This document shows, piece by piece, positions 19,481 through 29,174 of a DNA stretch of 64,000 nt. Position numbers and translations under genes: made by a program. The notes under the pieces were generated by a model. The model saw only the letters and a list, made by a program, of their open reading frames with translations. It did no database searches and was not told the DNA's origin. Positions within the stretch are counted from its first letter, which is position 1, and each line of letters opens with the position of its first letter. The DNA is from Clostridium sp. CAG:914 (lineage in GTDB: Bacteria > Bacillota_I > Bacilli_A > RF39 > UBA660), in the NCBI GenBank assembly GCA_000437895.1, contig FR902135.1, forward strand, positions 25,925 through 89,924, read 5' to 3'.

Positions 19481-19858
19481 ATGAAGAAAAATGGTTTTAC
19501 TTTAATTGAGTTATTGGCTACATTAGCTTTGTTGGCAATTTTATCTATGGTTATAGTTCCTTCTATTATTGGTGTTATTAATAAGAATAAGGATAATAAA
19601 TTAAAAATGTTATGTAATAGTATTGAAGAAGCAGCTAGATTGTATGTATCTGATAATAGATATACTATGGGTAATGTTTCTTCGATTAAGATTAAGGAAT
19701 TAATGGAAAATAAATATTTAGCTAAGTCTTTTGCTAATCCATATGATTCTAATGATATTTATACTTGTGATAATAATAAGATTACGGATGATTTTGTAAT
19801 AATTATAAATAAGAATAAATATATAGTTAAATTACCTGGTATTGGTGAGTGTGAGTAG
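19481..19858 (+). CDS. Prepilin-type N-terminal cleavage/methylation domain protein
   Basis: MKKNG-FTLIELLATLALLAILSMVIVPS. Confidence 0.8.
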   Translation: MKKNGFTLIELLATLALLAILSMVIVPSIIGVINKNKDNKLKMLCNSIEEAARLYVSDNRYTMGNVSSIKIKELMENKYLAKSFANPYDSNDIYTCDNNKITDDFVIIINKNKYIVKLPGIGECE

Positions 19859-20094
19859 TGGTTATGAAAATGAATTTTGATAGTCAAATTCAATTATATA
19901 GGGAATTGAAACCTGTTTTTTTAGTTAAGAGAAGACTTAATAATTATTATAAATATGAAGTTAGTGATATTGATATTTGGAAATATTTGAGTTTAAATAA
20001 ATGGAGAGGTAGTTCTGATTTAACTTTGTCTATGATGGTTAATGATATAATTACTTTGGATATACGGAGGGTTTATGAACAAGAAAAAGTTTAG
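19858..20094 (+). CDS. ComN-like post-transcriptional regulator
   Basis: 78 aa. DIDIWKYLSLNKWRGSSDLTLSMMVNDIITLD resembles ComN/YrzD, which also precedes secDF in Bacillus. Confidence 0.55.
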   Translation: MVMKMNFDSQIQLYRELKPVFLVKRRLNNYYKYEVSDIDIWKYLSLNKWRGSSDLTLSMMVNDIITLDIRRVYEQEKV

Positions 20095-22315
20095 TATTAC
20101 TTTAATTATTAGTGTTATAGTTTTAGTTTTATGTTGTGTTTTTATATATCCACTTATAAATAAAACTAATTATGGTCTTGATTTGCAAGGTGGATTTGAA
20201 GTTTTATATGAGGTTAGGCCTTTAAATGAAGGGGATAATATTGATAGTGATATGATTTATTCTACTTATCAAGCTCTTCTTAAGAGAATAGATATATTGG
20301 GGGTAAGTGAGCCAGAAATTACTATAGAGGGTACTAATAGAATTAGAGTTAGATTGGCTGGAGTTACAAATATTGAAGAGGCTAGGAGGACTATATCTTC
20401 TACAGCTGTACTTTCTTTTAGGGATTATAATGATAATCTTTTGATGACTAGTGATGTTTTGGGTGGATCATGTAAACTTGTTTATGATAATAGTGGAAGG
20501 CCTGCTGTTAGTTTGAATATAAAAGATACGGATAAGTTTTATGATGTGACTAAAAAAGTTAAGAATATGACTAATAATGTTATTGTCATTTGGCTTGATT
20601 ATCAAGATGGTGATAGATATGTGGATGAAATATCAAATTGTGGAGAAGGTAATTCTAGATGTTTATCTGCTGCTAGGGTAGAACAGGCTTTTGCTAGTGA
20701 TGTTATTATACAGGGGAATTTTACTAAAGATGAAGCTAAAAAATTGACTGATTTAATTAATTCTGGGGCATTGCCTACACATATGGTAGAGTTGTCTTCT
20801 AGAACGGTAGAGGCTTCATTTGGAGAAAACTCTTTGAATAAAACGTTAATTTCTGGTCTTATAGGTATTATACTTGTTATTATATTAATTTGTTCTATAT
20901 ATAAGTTTTCTGGTTTTATAGCAAGTATAGGGTTGATTTTATATACTTTTATGTCATTTTTATTGTTTTATTTGATTGGAGGAGTATTAACTTTACCTGG
21001 TATTGCGGCAATGATACTTGGTATAGGAATGGCTGTTGATTCTTGTATTATTTGTTTTGAGAGAATTAAAGAAAATTTACGTATTGGTAAGAGTTCAGAT
21101 AAGGCTTTTGAAATTGGAAATAAGAATTCTTTATCTAGTATAATAGATGCTAATGTTACAACGATTATTGTAGCTATAATATTATTTATTTTAGGAGAAA
21201 GTTCTGTTAAGGGATTTGCTACGATGTTAATTATTAGTGTTGTTGTTACTATTTTGGTAATGGTATATCTTGTTAGATTGATTTTAAAGTTATTTGTATC
21301 TAGTAAAGTGTTTGATAATAATCCATATTTATTTATTGGTCTTAAGAAAAGTAAGATAGTAAAGAGTAAGGAGATTATTATTCCTTATGAAAAATTTAAT
21401 TTTTCTTTACATAATTTTAAGTTTATGATGATAGCTTTTGGTTTAATACTTGTAGGAACTTGTATTACTTTAGTTAGTAAGCCTAATTTTGGTATTGATT
21501 TTACTGGTGGTACTAGTATTACTATTAATAAATATTCTGATAATTTATATGATGATATTAAAAATATGATTGATGATAATTATACAATTAAGAGTGTTAA
21601 TAATGATGATGGTAATATTAATATTGTTATAGATGAGGTTTTGGGAGAAGATGAGATTAATAATCTTAGTAATATTATTAAAGAAGAATATGATTTAGAT
21701 AGTGATATATATGTTGTTAGTAAGGTTGTTAAGATAGAACTTACTAAGAATGCTATTAAATCTTTGATATTTGCTATTATTGGTATTGTTATATATGTTT
21801 CTATTAGATTTAAATTTAATTATGCTGTTTCGGCAATAGTAGCTTTACTTCATGATGTTATAATTACGTTTTTAATATTTGGTGTGTTTAAGATAGAAAT
21901 TACGTCTATATTTATAGCTGCTATACTTACTATTATAGGTTATTCTATTAATGATACGATAGTTACTTTTGATATGATAAGAGAGAATTATAAAAATAAA
22001 TATAATAATCATATTAGTAAGATAGATGATTTAAAAGATTTAGTTAATATTAGTATAAGAAGATGTTTATATAGAACTATGTTAACAACAATTACTACTT
22101 TATTGCCAGTAGTGGTATTAATGATTTTTGGTGCTAGAGAGATAATTAATTTTAATGTTGCTTTGTTTGTAGGATTTATAGCAGGGGTATATTCTAGTAT
22201 ATTTATATCTAATCAGATATGGTATTATTTAGAAAAAAGAAAAATAGAGAGACCTAAGAAGATAGATGATGATGATGAAATTAGTGAACTTAAGGTTAAG
22301 GGGATTAATTGTTAA
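20075..22315 (+). CDS. secDF: Protein translocase subunit SecDF (fusion)
   Basis: 746 aa. GLDLQGGFEV, two six-TM bundles, and GIDFTGGT at the start of the SecF part. Confidence 0.9.
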   Translation: MNKKKFSITLIISVIVLVLCCVFIYPLINKTNYGLDLQGGFEVLYEVRPLNEGDNIDSDMIYSTYQALLKRIDILGVSEPEITIEGTNRIRVRLAGVTNIEEARRTISSTAVLSFRDYNDNLLMTSDVLGGSCKLVYDNSGRPAVSLNIKDTDKFYDVTKKVKNMTNNVIVIWLDYQDGDRYVDEISNCGEGNSRCLSAARVEQAFASDVIIQGNFTKDEAKKLTDLINSGALPTHMVELSSRTVEASFGENSLNKTLISGLIGIILVIILICSIYKFSGFIASIGLILYTFMSFLLFYLIGGVLTLPGIAAMILGIGMAVDSCIICFERIKENLRIGKSSDKAFEIGNKNSLSSIIDANVTTIIVAIILFILGESSVKGFATMLIISVVVTILVMVYLVRLILKLFVSSKVFDNNPYLFIGLKKSKIVKSKEIIIPYEKFNFSLHNFKFMMIAFGLILVGTCITLVSKPNFGIDFTGGTSITINKYSDNLYDDIKNMIDDNYTIKSVNNDDGNINIVIDEVLGEDEINNLSNIIKEEYDLDSDIYVVSKVVKIELTKNAIKSLIFAIIGIVIYVSIRFKFNYAVSAIVALLHDVIITFLIFGVFKIEITSIFIAAILTIIGYSINDTIVTFDMIRENYKNKYNNHISKIDDLKDLVNISIRRCLYRTMLTTITTLLPVVVLMIFGAREIINFNVALFVGFIAGVYSSIFISNQIWYYLEKRKIERPKKIDDDDEISELKVKGINC

Positions 22316-22346
22316 TATTTAGTGAATAAGAAGGAAGTGAATATAT

Positions 22347-24491
22347 ATGCATGATGATATTACGTTTTATGATTTGATTGAAAAGGTTCGTAAATATAAT
22401 GATGATGAGGATGAACTTAGAATAATAGAGAAAGCTTATAATTATGCTAAGGAAAAACATTTTACTCAGAAGAGAATTACTGGTGATGATTATATTACAC
22501 ATCCTTTAAATGTTGCTTATATTCTTACCGATGTTAATGCTGATTATAAGGCTATTTGTGCGGCTTTACTTCATGATACGATAGAAGACTCTGATGGTAA
22601 CTTTCAAGAGATTGAGAATTTATTTGGATATGATATTGCAAATTTAGTAGAGTGTGTTACAAAGATAAATAGAATTAATTTTAATTCTGATTCTGAACAG
22701 ATGGCTGCTAATCAAAGAAAGATACTTGTTGGTCTTGCAAGTGATGTTAGAGTGTTAATTATTAAGCTTGCTGATAGACTTCATAATATGAGAACGTTGT
22801 ATGTTTTTTCTCCTGAGAAACAGCAAAGAAAAGCTCGTGAGACACTTGAAATTTTGACTCCGGTTGCACATAGATTAGGTATGTATAAAATTAAGAGTGA
22901 GTTAGAAGATTTGTGTTTGAGATATCTTAATCCTTCGGCTTATTTTGATATTTTGGAGAAACTTAATTATAAGAAAACGGAAATGGATGAAGCTGTTGGT
23001 AAAATGTTAGATGAGGTTAGTTCTCTTTTGAAAGAACATGGTATTAGGCATGAAATAAAGGGAAGAAGTAAGAGTGTTTATAGTATATATAATAAGCTTA
23101 GTAAGGGTAGATCTTTTAATGATATATATGATATATTAGCACTACGTGTTTTGGTTGATACCGAACAGGAATGTTATTTGGCTCTTGGTCTTATTCATTC
23201 TAAGTATAAGCCTGTTCCTAAGAGATTTAAGGATTATATTGCTATGCCTAAGAGTAATTTTTATCAATCATTACATACGACTGTTTTTGGGATTGATGGT
23301 ATGTTATTTGAAATACAAATTAGGACTTATGATATGGATAGGGTTGCAGAATATGGTATTGCTTCACATTGGTCATATAAAGAACATACTAGTGGTGATA
23401 GTAAGGATGCTATGGATCAAAAATTAGCTATATTTAGAAATATTATTGAATTAAATGAGGATTCTAGTACTCCTGAAGAGTTTATAAGTAGTGTTAAGAA
23501 AGATATTTTGTTTAATGATTCTATATTTGTTTATACTCCTAAGGGGGATGTTATTGAATTACCAAATGGTTCTACAACGGTTGATTTTGCTTATAAAGTA
23601 CACAGTGAAGTTGGTGATAAGATGGTTGGGGCTATTGTTAATGATAATATTGTACCGTTTGATTATGTTTTGAAAACGGGAGATATTATTAAGATAAATA
23701 CTAGTAGGTTATCTAATGGTCCTAATAAAGATTGGTTAAATTTTGTTGTTACTAGTCAGGCTAAAAATAAGATTAAGGGATTTTATTCTAAAATTGAGAA
23801 GGATGATAATATAAATAGGGGTATGGTTTTATTAGATGGGTATTTAAAAAAGAAAAATATTACTTTTGAAATGTTTCAGGATAAATATTTAAATAAATTG
23901 TTTGATAATTATAAGATAAAAGATATAGATGAATTTTATATGTCTTTAGGTATGGGAAAATATACTATTGATAATATGATTAAATCTATTGTTAAAGAAG
24001 AGGAAAAAAGGAAGAAGAGTATTAATTTAAAGGGGATTAGTAAAAAGAAACAGGAAGTAGATAGTGATATTTTGGTTGAGAATATGTCTTCAATTAAAGT
24101 TACAATAAGTGGTTGTTGTAAGCCTATACCTGGTGATAATATTATTGGATATATTACAAAAGGAGCGGGTATTACTGTTCATAGAAGTAATTGTAAAAAT
24201 ATTATGGATTTGGATGAAAGGCTGATTAATGTTAAGTGGAATGATAATCTTAATAAGAAGTATCCTACGGATTTATTGATATATACAAATGAAGATGATA
24301 TTTTGTTAGATATTATTACTAAGGCTAGTTCTAATGATGTTGTTATTGATAGTATTTTTACTTTAAATAAGAGTAGTTTAAAAGTTCTTTCGGTTACGGT
24401 ATTAGTTAAAAATATAGATGTATTGGATAAGTTTTGTAAAGATTTATATAATATTGGTAGTGTGGTAAAGATTGAAAGGCAGATGTTTTAA
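22347..24491 (+). CDS. rel: Bifunctional (p)ppGpp synthetase/hydrolase (RelA/SpoT homolog)
   Basis: HD domain (HPLNVA...LLHDTIEDS), synthetase block (YQSLHTTV, FEIQIRT), and TGS and ACT-like C-terminal regions. Confidence 0.92.
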   Translation: MHDDITFYDLIEKVRKYNDDEDELRIIEKAYNYAKEKHFTQKRITGDDYITHPLNVAYILTDVNADYKAICAALLHDTIEDSDGNFQEIENLFGYDIANLVECVTKINRINFNSDSEQMAANQRKILVGLASDVRVLIIKLADRLHNMRTLYVFSPEKQQRKARETLEILTPVAHRLGMYKIKSELEDLCLRYLNPSAYFDILEKLNYKKTEMDEAVGKMLDEVSSLLKEHGIRHEIKGRSKSVYSIYNKLSKGRSFNDIYDILALRVLVDTEQECYLALGLIHSKYKPVPKRFKDYIAMPKSNFYQSLHTTVFGIDGMLFEIQIRTYDMDRVAEYGIASHWSYKEHTSGDSKDAMDQKLAIFRNIIELNEDSSTPEEFISSVKKDILFNDSIFVYTPKGDVIELPNGSTTVDFAYKVHSEVGDKMVGAIVNDNIVPFDYVLKTGDIIKINTSRLSNGPNKDWLNFVVTSQAKNKIKGFYSKIEKDDNINRGMVLLDGYLKKKNITFEMFQDKYLNKLFDNYKIKDIDEFYMSLGMGKYTIDNMIKSIVKEEEKRKKSINLKGISKKKQEVDSDILVENMSSIKVTISGCCKPIPGDNIIGYITKGAGITVHRSNCKNIMDLDERLINVKWNDNLNKKYPTDLLIYTNEDDILLDIITKASSNDVVIDSIFTLNKSSLKVLSVTVLVKNIDVLDKFCKDLYNIGSVVKIERQMF

Positions 24492-24928
24492 TGAGGGTTT
24501 TAGTACAAAGATGTGATAAGGCTAATGTTAAAGTTGATAGTAATATTGTTGGTAGTATTGATAAAGGATTAATGATTTTGGTTGGTTTTACTGAAGGAGA
24601 TAATTTTGATACAATTAAGTATATGGTAGATAAAATTGTTAATTTAAGAGTGTTTGATGATGAGAATGGTATAATGAATAAAAGTTTATTGGATAAGTCT
24701 TTTAGTATTTTATCTGTTAGTCAATTTACTTTGTATGGTGATGCTAGTAAAGGGAGAAGACCTAGTTATATTAATGCATTAAATGGAAGTCTAGCAAAAC
24801 CTTTATATGATAAATTTAATGAAGAATTAAGAAAATATGGTATTAAGGTGGAAACAGGTATTTTTGGGGGAGATATGAAGGTAGAACTTATTAATGATGG
24901 GCCTGTAACTATTATGTTAGAAAGGTAA
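24491..24928 (+). CDS. dtd: D-aminoacyl-tRNA deacylase
   Basis: MRVLVQR..., SQFTLYGD and NDGPVTIMLE. Confidence 0.88.
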   Translation: MRVLVQRCDKANVKVDSNIVGSIDKGLMILVGFTEGDNFDTIKYMVDKIVNLRVFDDENGIMNKSLLDKSFSILSVSQFTLYGDASKGRRPSYINALNGSLAKPLYDKFNEELRKYGIKVETGIFGGDMKVELINDGPVTIMLER

Positions 24929-24933
24929 TATTA

Positions 24934-24966
24934 AAAGACATTAATCTTTTGATTGATGTCTTTTTG
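24934..24966. terminator. Bidirectional rho-independent terminator
   Basis: Stem aaagacattaatc / gattgatgtcttt (one G.U pair) followed by a T-run. Confidence 0.6.
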
Positions 24967-25830
24967 TTAAATTAAGTTATTAAATTCTTTTGGGATATTT
25001 GTTTTAATTAAAATGTCTTTTTTAGTAATGGGATGAGTAAATTCTAATATGTTAGCGTGTAAGGCTAATCTTTTTATGGTGTTATCATTCGATTTATATT
25101 TTTTATCTCCTATGATAGGATGATTATTTTCAGATAAATGAACTCTTATTTGATTTCTTCTTCCGGTATCTATATATATTTGGAGTATACTATATTTATT
25201 ATTTCTTTTTATTACTTCATAGTGGGTTATAGCATATTTTCCGTCTTCCTTTTTACTTGAATAGACAAATCCTTGTTTATTTTCTTTTAAATATGAAGTG
25301 ATGGTACCTTTATCTTTGATCTTATTGTCAGTAATAGCTATATATCCTCTTTTTTTTACTAATTTATTCCAATTATCTTGCATGATTTTTTGTGTTTTTT
25401 GATCTTTGGCAAAGATAAGTATTCCTGATGTTTCTTCATCTAATCTATGAACTACAAAGATTTTATTTGTTTTCTTTTCTTTTTTTAAATAATCAGAAAC
25501 TATTCGATAGGCTGTTATGTTTTTTTCTTTATCATTGGAAATGGATAATAATTTACATGGTTTATTGATGGCTATTAGATAATTATCTTCATATAATATT
25601 TCTAATTTATAATCTTTTATCTCTGTTTTATTATAATTTATTTCTATAATGTCATTTTTATGTACTTGGTAATTGGTGTTAGTTATAACATTATTATTTA
25701 CCATTACCATTTTATGAGTAATATAGTTTTTGATTGTTTTTTTAGATAAATCTTTTTTAAAAGATAATATTGTGTTAATTAAAGTATCTTCTTCATTAAC
25801 TATAAATGTTTGTTTTTTCATATAAATCAC
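24967..25830 (-). CDS. RluA-family pseudouridine synthase with an S4-like N-terminus
   Basis: HRLDEETSGILIFAKD and GRRNQIRVH. Confidence 0.8.
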   Translation of the reverse strand: MIYMKKQTFIVNEEDTLINTILSFKKDLSKKTIKNYITHKMVMVNNNVITNTNYQVHKNDIIEINYNKTEIKDYKLEILYEDNYLIAINKPCKLLSISNDKEKNITAYRIVSDYLKKEKKTNKIFVVHRLDEETSGILIFAKDQKTQKIMQDNWNKLVKKRGYIAITDNKIKDKGTITSYLKENKQGFVYSSKKEDGKYAITHYEVIKRNNKYSILQIYIDTGRRNQIRVHLSENNHPIIGDKKYKSNDNTIKRLALHANILEFTHPITKKDILIKTNIPKEFNNLI

Positions 25831-25930
25831 TATTTAATTATAGCATTCTAAGTCTAGTAGGTAAAGATAAATGTGGTTGTTAGTTGAATTTATTTAACTT
25901 TTGTTCTATAATATTACTACGAGGTGAAAA

Positions 25931-27061
25931 ATGGAGAATATAAAAATGACGGGAAAAGATGTTGTTGTTATGAATTTAGTTCATTATTTTATAACTGAGA
26001 AAAATTATAATCCTGTGGTAGTAAGAGGGGTTAATGATGAAATATGGTTAGAAAATATGAAGAGTGATTATAAGTTAGTTAGAATTGTATCTCATTATAT
26101 TCATAATAATGAACAACTTAATTATGATTATTTTAGGACTAAACAGATTAGTAATAAATTAAAGAGAAAGACATTTTCTTTTAATATGAGTGTTTTAAAT
26201 ATATATGTTGATTTAGGTGATAATGTTAATATTTCTAATGATGATGAACATTTTATGAGTGTATTTATTAATAAAATGAAAGATATTAATAATAAGTATT
26301 TATTAGAAATATTTCCTGATATTGTAGAAAAAACTGGACATAAAGAAAAAGGAATGGAATTGTTATTTAAGATTACAGATGATATTAATAAGAGTAATGT
26401 TAAGAAAAATGCTAAGTTAGATAAATTATTTTCTAAGAAGACACCATATATTACTTATATAATTATGGGTATATGTTTTATTATGTTCTTGATTACTGGT
26501 ATGGGTAATGATACGGGTGTATTAATTGAATATGGTGCTAATTTAGATGTTCTTGTTAAGAATGGTGAATATTATAGATTATTGACTTCTATGTTTTTAC
26601 ATTCTGGGTTATTACATTTATTTTTTAACATGTATGCTTTATATATTATAGGACCACAAGTAGAGAGTTTTTTTGGTAAGACAAAGTATCTTATTATATA
26701 TTTGTTGAGTGGTATTTCTGGAAGCCTTTTGTCTGTAGCTTTTAATGTTAATACCGTATCTGTTGGTGCTAGTGGAGCTATATTTGGTTTATTTGGGGCT
26801 TTATTATATTTTGGATATAATTATAGGGGATATCTTGGTAATGTTATTAAGAGTCAAATATTGCCGGTTGTTATTATCAATTTAATATTTGGTTTTATTT
26901 CAACTGGTGTTGATGTTGCTGGACATATAGGTGGTCTTATTGGAGGAATTATAGTATCTTCTGTTTTGGGAAGCTCTGATGAAAAGGGTATAGATATTAA
27001 TAGAATAATTATTTGTTTAATATATTTTGTTTTTATAATTTATTTAGGTTTGTTTAGGTAG
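25931..27061 (+). CDS. Rhomboid family intramembrane serine protease (GluP-like)
   Basis: YRLLTSMFLHSGLLHLFFNM, GASGAIFGL (catalytic Ser) and AGHIGGL (catalytic His). Confidence 0.85.
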   Translation: MENIKMTGKDVVVMNLVHYFITEKNYNPVVVRGVNDEIWLENMKSDYKLVRIVSHYIHNNEQLNYDYFRTKQISNKLKRKTFSFNMSVLNIYVDLGDNVNISNDDEHFMSVFINKMKDINNKYLLEIFPDIVEKTGHKEKGMELLFKITDDINKSNVKKNAKLDKLFSKKTPYITYIIMGICFIMFLITGMGNDTGVLIEYGANLDVLVKNGEYYRLLTSMFLHSGLLHLFFNMYALYIIGPQVESFFGKTKYLIIYLLSGISGSLLSVAFNVNTVSVGASGAIFGLFGALLYFGYNYRGYLGNVIKSQILPVVIINLIFGFISTGVDVAGHIGGLIGGIIVSSVLGSSDEKGIDINRIIICLIYFVFIIYLGLFR

Positions 27062-27103
27062 GGTTGTTAAAACTAAATTTTTATAGTATAATTAACTAGA
27101 GAG

Positions 27104-27424
27104 GTGTTTATGCAAATATATCAATATGTAATAGTTATAGTAGTATTATTAATAATTGCTTTTGCTATTATGAAGAGTAATAAAAAAGATTTGAAATTGG
27201 AATTTAATAAATTAGTTGAATATCTTGGAGGTAAAGATAATATTGTTGAGACAGAAGTTGATATGTCTAGATTTAAAGTTACTTTAAAAGATATTACTAA
27301 GGCTAATAAAGAAGGAATTATAAAATTAGGGGCTAAGGGTGTTGTGGAAATAGATGATCAGTTGAAGATTATATATGGACAGAATGCTAAACAGTTAAAG
27401 AAATATATTGATGAATTAAAATAA
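27104..27424 (+). CDS. Membrane-anchored PTS EIIB-like domain protein lacking the phospho-Cys
   Basis: TM helix followed by LVEYLGGKDNIVETEVDMSRFKVTLKD. Compare the EIIB(Glc) signature ..GG..NI......C.TRLR..L.D. Confidence 0.5.
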   Translation: MFMQIYQYVIVIVVLLIIAFAIMKSNKKDLKLEFNKLVEYLGGKDNIVETEVDMSRFKVTLKDITKANKEGIIKLGAKGVVEIDDQLKIIYGQNAKQLKKYIDELK

Positions 27425-27478
27425 TATATTTCTTTTTTTTACAAAATTCGACAAAATATGCAAAAATAATGTAGTATT

Positions 27479-28723
27479 ATGTATTTGGTGATAGAAATGG
27501 TTAATAATATAATTTTGAATACGATACTTGTTACTTATCCGATGCTTATATATTTTGTTTTTAGTTGTTATAATATATCTAATAATAAAATTATTTCTAA
27601 AATTTTGTTGATAGTTACGTTGTTGTCTTCTTTATACTTGAGTATAGAATTTAATTATGGATTAGATAGTATTATTCTTTTATTTGCAAATATTCCTATT
27701 GTTATTGCATATTTAAAGAAGGAATATCATATTGGGATTGTTCTTTCTTTAATAATTATAGTTATTAGTTGTTATCAATATCAAATGAATTTGATTCTTT
27801 TTAGTATTAAGTTTTTTATATATTATGTAGCTTATTTTATACTTTGTAATAGAAAGGATTTTAAAAATTCATACTTAACCGTGGTAGCTACTGTGCAAGG
27901 TTTCTTTTTGTCTTTTGAGTATTTTTTTACACCTGTAGATGATATTAATAATGTAATTGAGATATTAGTAGTTGTGGTATTTTTATATATTATAACTTTT
28001 GCTAGTATATACTTGTTTACTTTGGCTGATAAGATAACTTCTTTATATAAGGAAGTTAGTGAAATGGAAAAACAGAAACAATTAAAAGATGGTCTTTTTA
28101 AATTAACACATGAGATAAAGAATCCTATTGCTGTATGTAAAGGATATTTGGATATGTTAGATGTTAATAATAAAGATAAATTACAGAGATATATTCCTAT
28201 AATATCTTCAGAGATAGATAGAAGTTTAAATATTATGAAAGATTTTATGGATTATAGTAAAATAAAGGTAGAGATGGAAGTTATTGATATGACTCTTTTG
28301 TTAGAAGATATATATGAATCATTTAAGATACTTTTTACTAGAAATAATATAGTTCTTAATTATGATAATAATTATGATGATATTTTAATTAAAGGGGATT
28401 ATAATAGACTTAAACAAGTTTTTATAAATATACTTAAAAATAGTATGGAATCTATTGTAAATGATGGTATAATAAGTATACGTACAATTAATGTTGATAA
28501 ATATGTTGAAATAGAAATAGAAGATAATGGTATGGGTATGACTAAGGAAGAATTGGGTATGATCAAGGATATGTTTTATACTACTAAGAAAAATGGTACT
28601 GGACTTGGAATTTGTCTTTCTAATGAGATAATTCAGTCACATTTTGGTACTATGAAATATAAGTCTCAAAAGAATGTTGGTACTATATGTACAATTAGTC
28701 TTCCTATATATAAAGGAGAGTAA
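27479..28723 (+). CDS. Polytopic sensor histidine kinase (orphan in this window)
   Basis: About 6 TM helices, H-box LTHEIKNPIAV, N-box INILKNSMES, and G-boxes EDNGMGM and GTGLGI. Confidence 0.85.
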   Translation: MYLVIEMVNNIILNTILVTYPMLIYFVFSCYNISNNKIISKILLIVTLLSSLYLSIEFNYGLDSIILLFANIPIVIAYLKKEYHIGIVLSLIIIVISCYQYQMNLILFSIKFFIYYVAYFILCNRKDFKNSYLTVVATVQGFFLSFEYFFTPVDDINNVIEILVVVVFLYIITFASIYLFTLADKITSLYKEVSEMEKQKQLKDGLFKLTHEIKNPIAVCKGYLDMLDVNNKDKLQRYIPIISSEIDRSLNIMKDFMDYSKIKVEMEVIDMTLLLEDIYESFKILFTRNNIVLNYDNNYDDILIKGDYNRLKQVFINILKNSMESIVNDGIISIRTINVDKYVEIEIEDNGMGMTKEELGMIKDMFYTTKKNGTGLGICLSNEIIQSHFGTMKYKSQKNVGTICTISLPIYKGE

Positions 28724-28986
28724 TGGAAGAAGATATATTTTTAAAGAATTATCCTAGATTAGATTTGCATGGATGTGATAGAGATTATGCTAGGATGCTT
28801 ACTAATGATTTTATTTTAGAAAATGTTTTTTTAAAGAATAAAACAATAGTTATTATACATGGACATGGGTTAGGTATTGTTAAACATGCTGTTTATGAAG
28901 CTCTTAAATATAATAAAAATGTTTTATCATTTAAGAGTGATATGTTTAATGATGGATTAACAGTAGTAACTCTTAAAACAGAATAA
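28723..28986 (+). CDS. Smr domain protein
   Basis: LDLHGCDRDYA ... IIHGHGLGIVK. Confidence 0.7.
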   Translation: MEEDIFLKNYPRLDLHGCDRDYARMLTNDFILENVFLKNKTIVIIHGHGLGIVKHAVYEALKYNKNVLSFKSDMFNDGLTVVTLKTE

Positions 28987-29124
28987 TTGCTATATGTAAA
29001 GTGATGTAAACTTGGGGTTGAACGTTTTTCCTTTAATATTAAGGGAAAATGTTTTTTTTGTTTGTTTTTTTAAGAAATGTTTTTTTAAAAAAATAAATAA
29101 GTTAAAAAAATAGTAAAAAAAACA

Positions 29125-29152
29125 TTGCTTTTTTGCGCTGGTATGTTATAAT
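29125..29152 (+). promoter_or_regulatory. Sigma-A-type promoter of the nrd operon
   Basis: -35 ttgctt (29125-29130), 16-nt spacer, and extended -10 tgttataat (29144-29152). Confidence 0.5.
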
Positions 29153-29174
29153 CAATACAGAGTAAAGAAAGTAG

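Noticed and set aside
22305-23673. ORFs 22305-22502(-), 23146-23427(+) and 23491-23673(+) overlapping rel.
   Set aside because: They are alternate frames of a clearly coding rel gene, with no independent signals.
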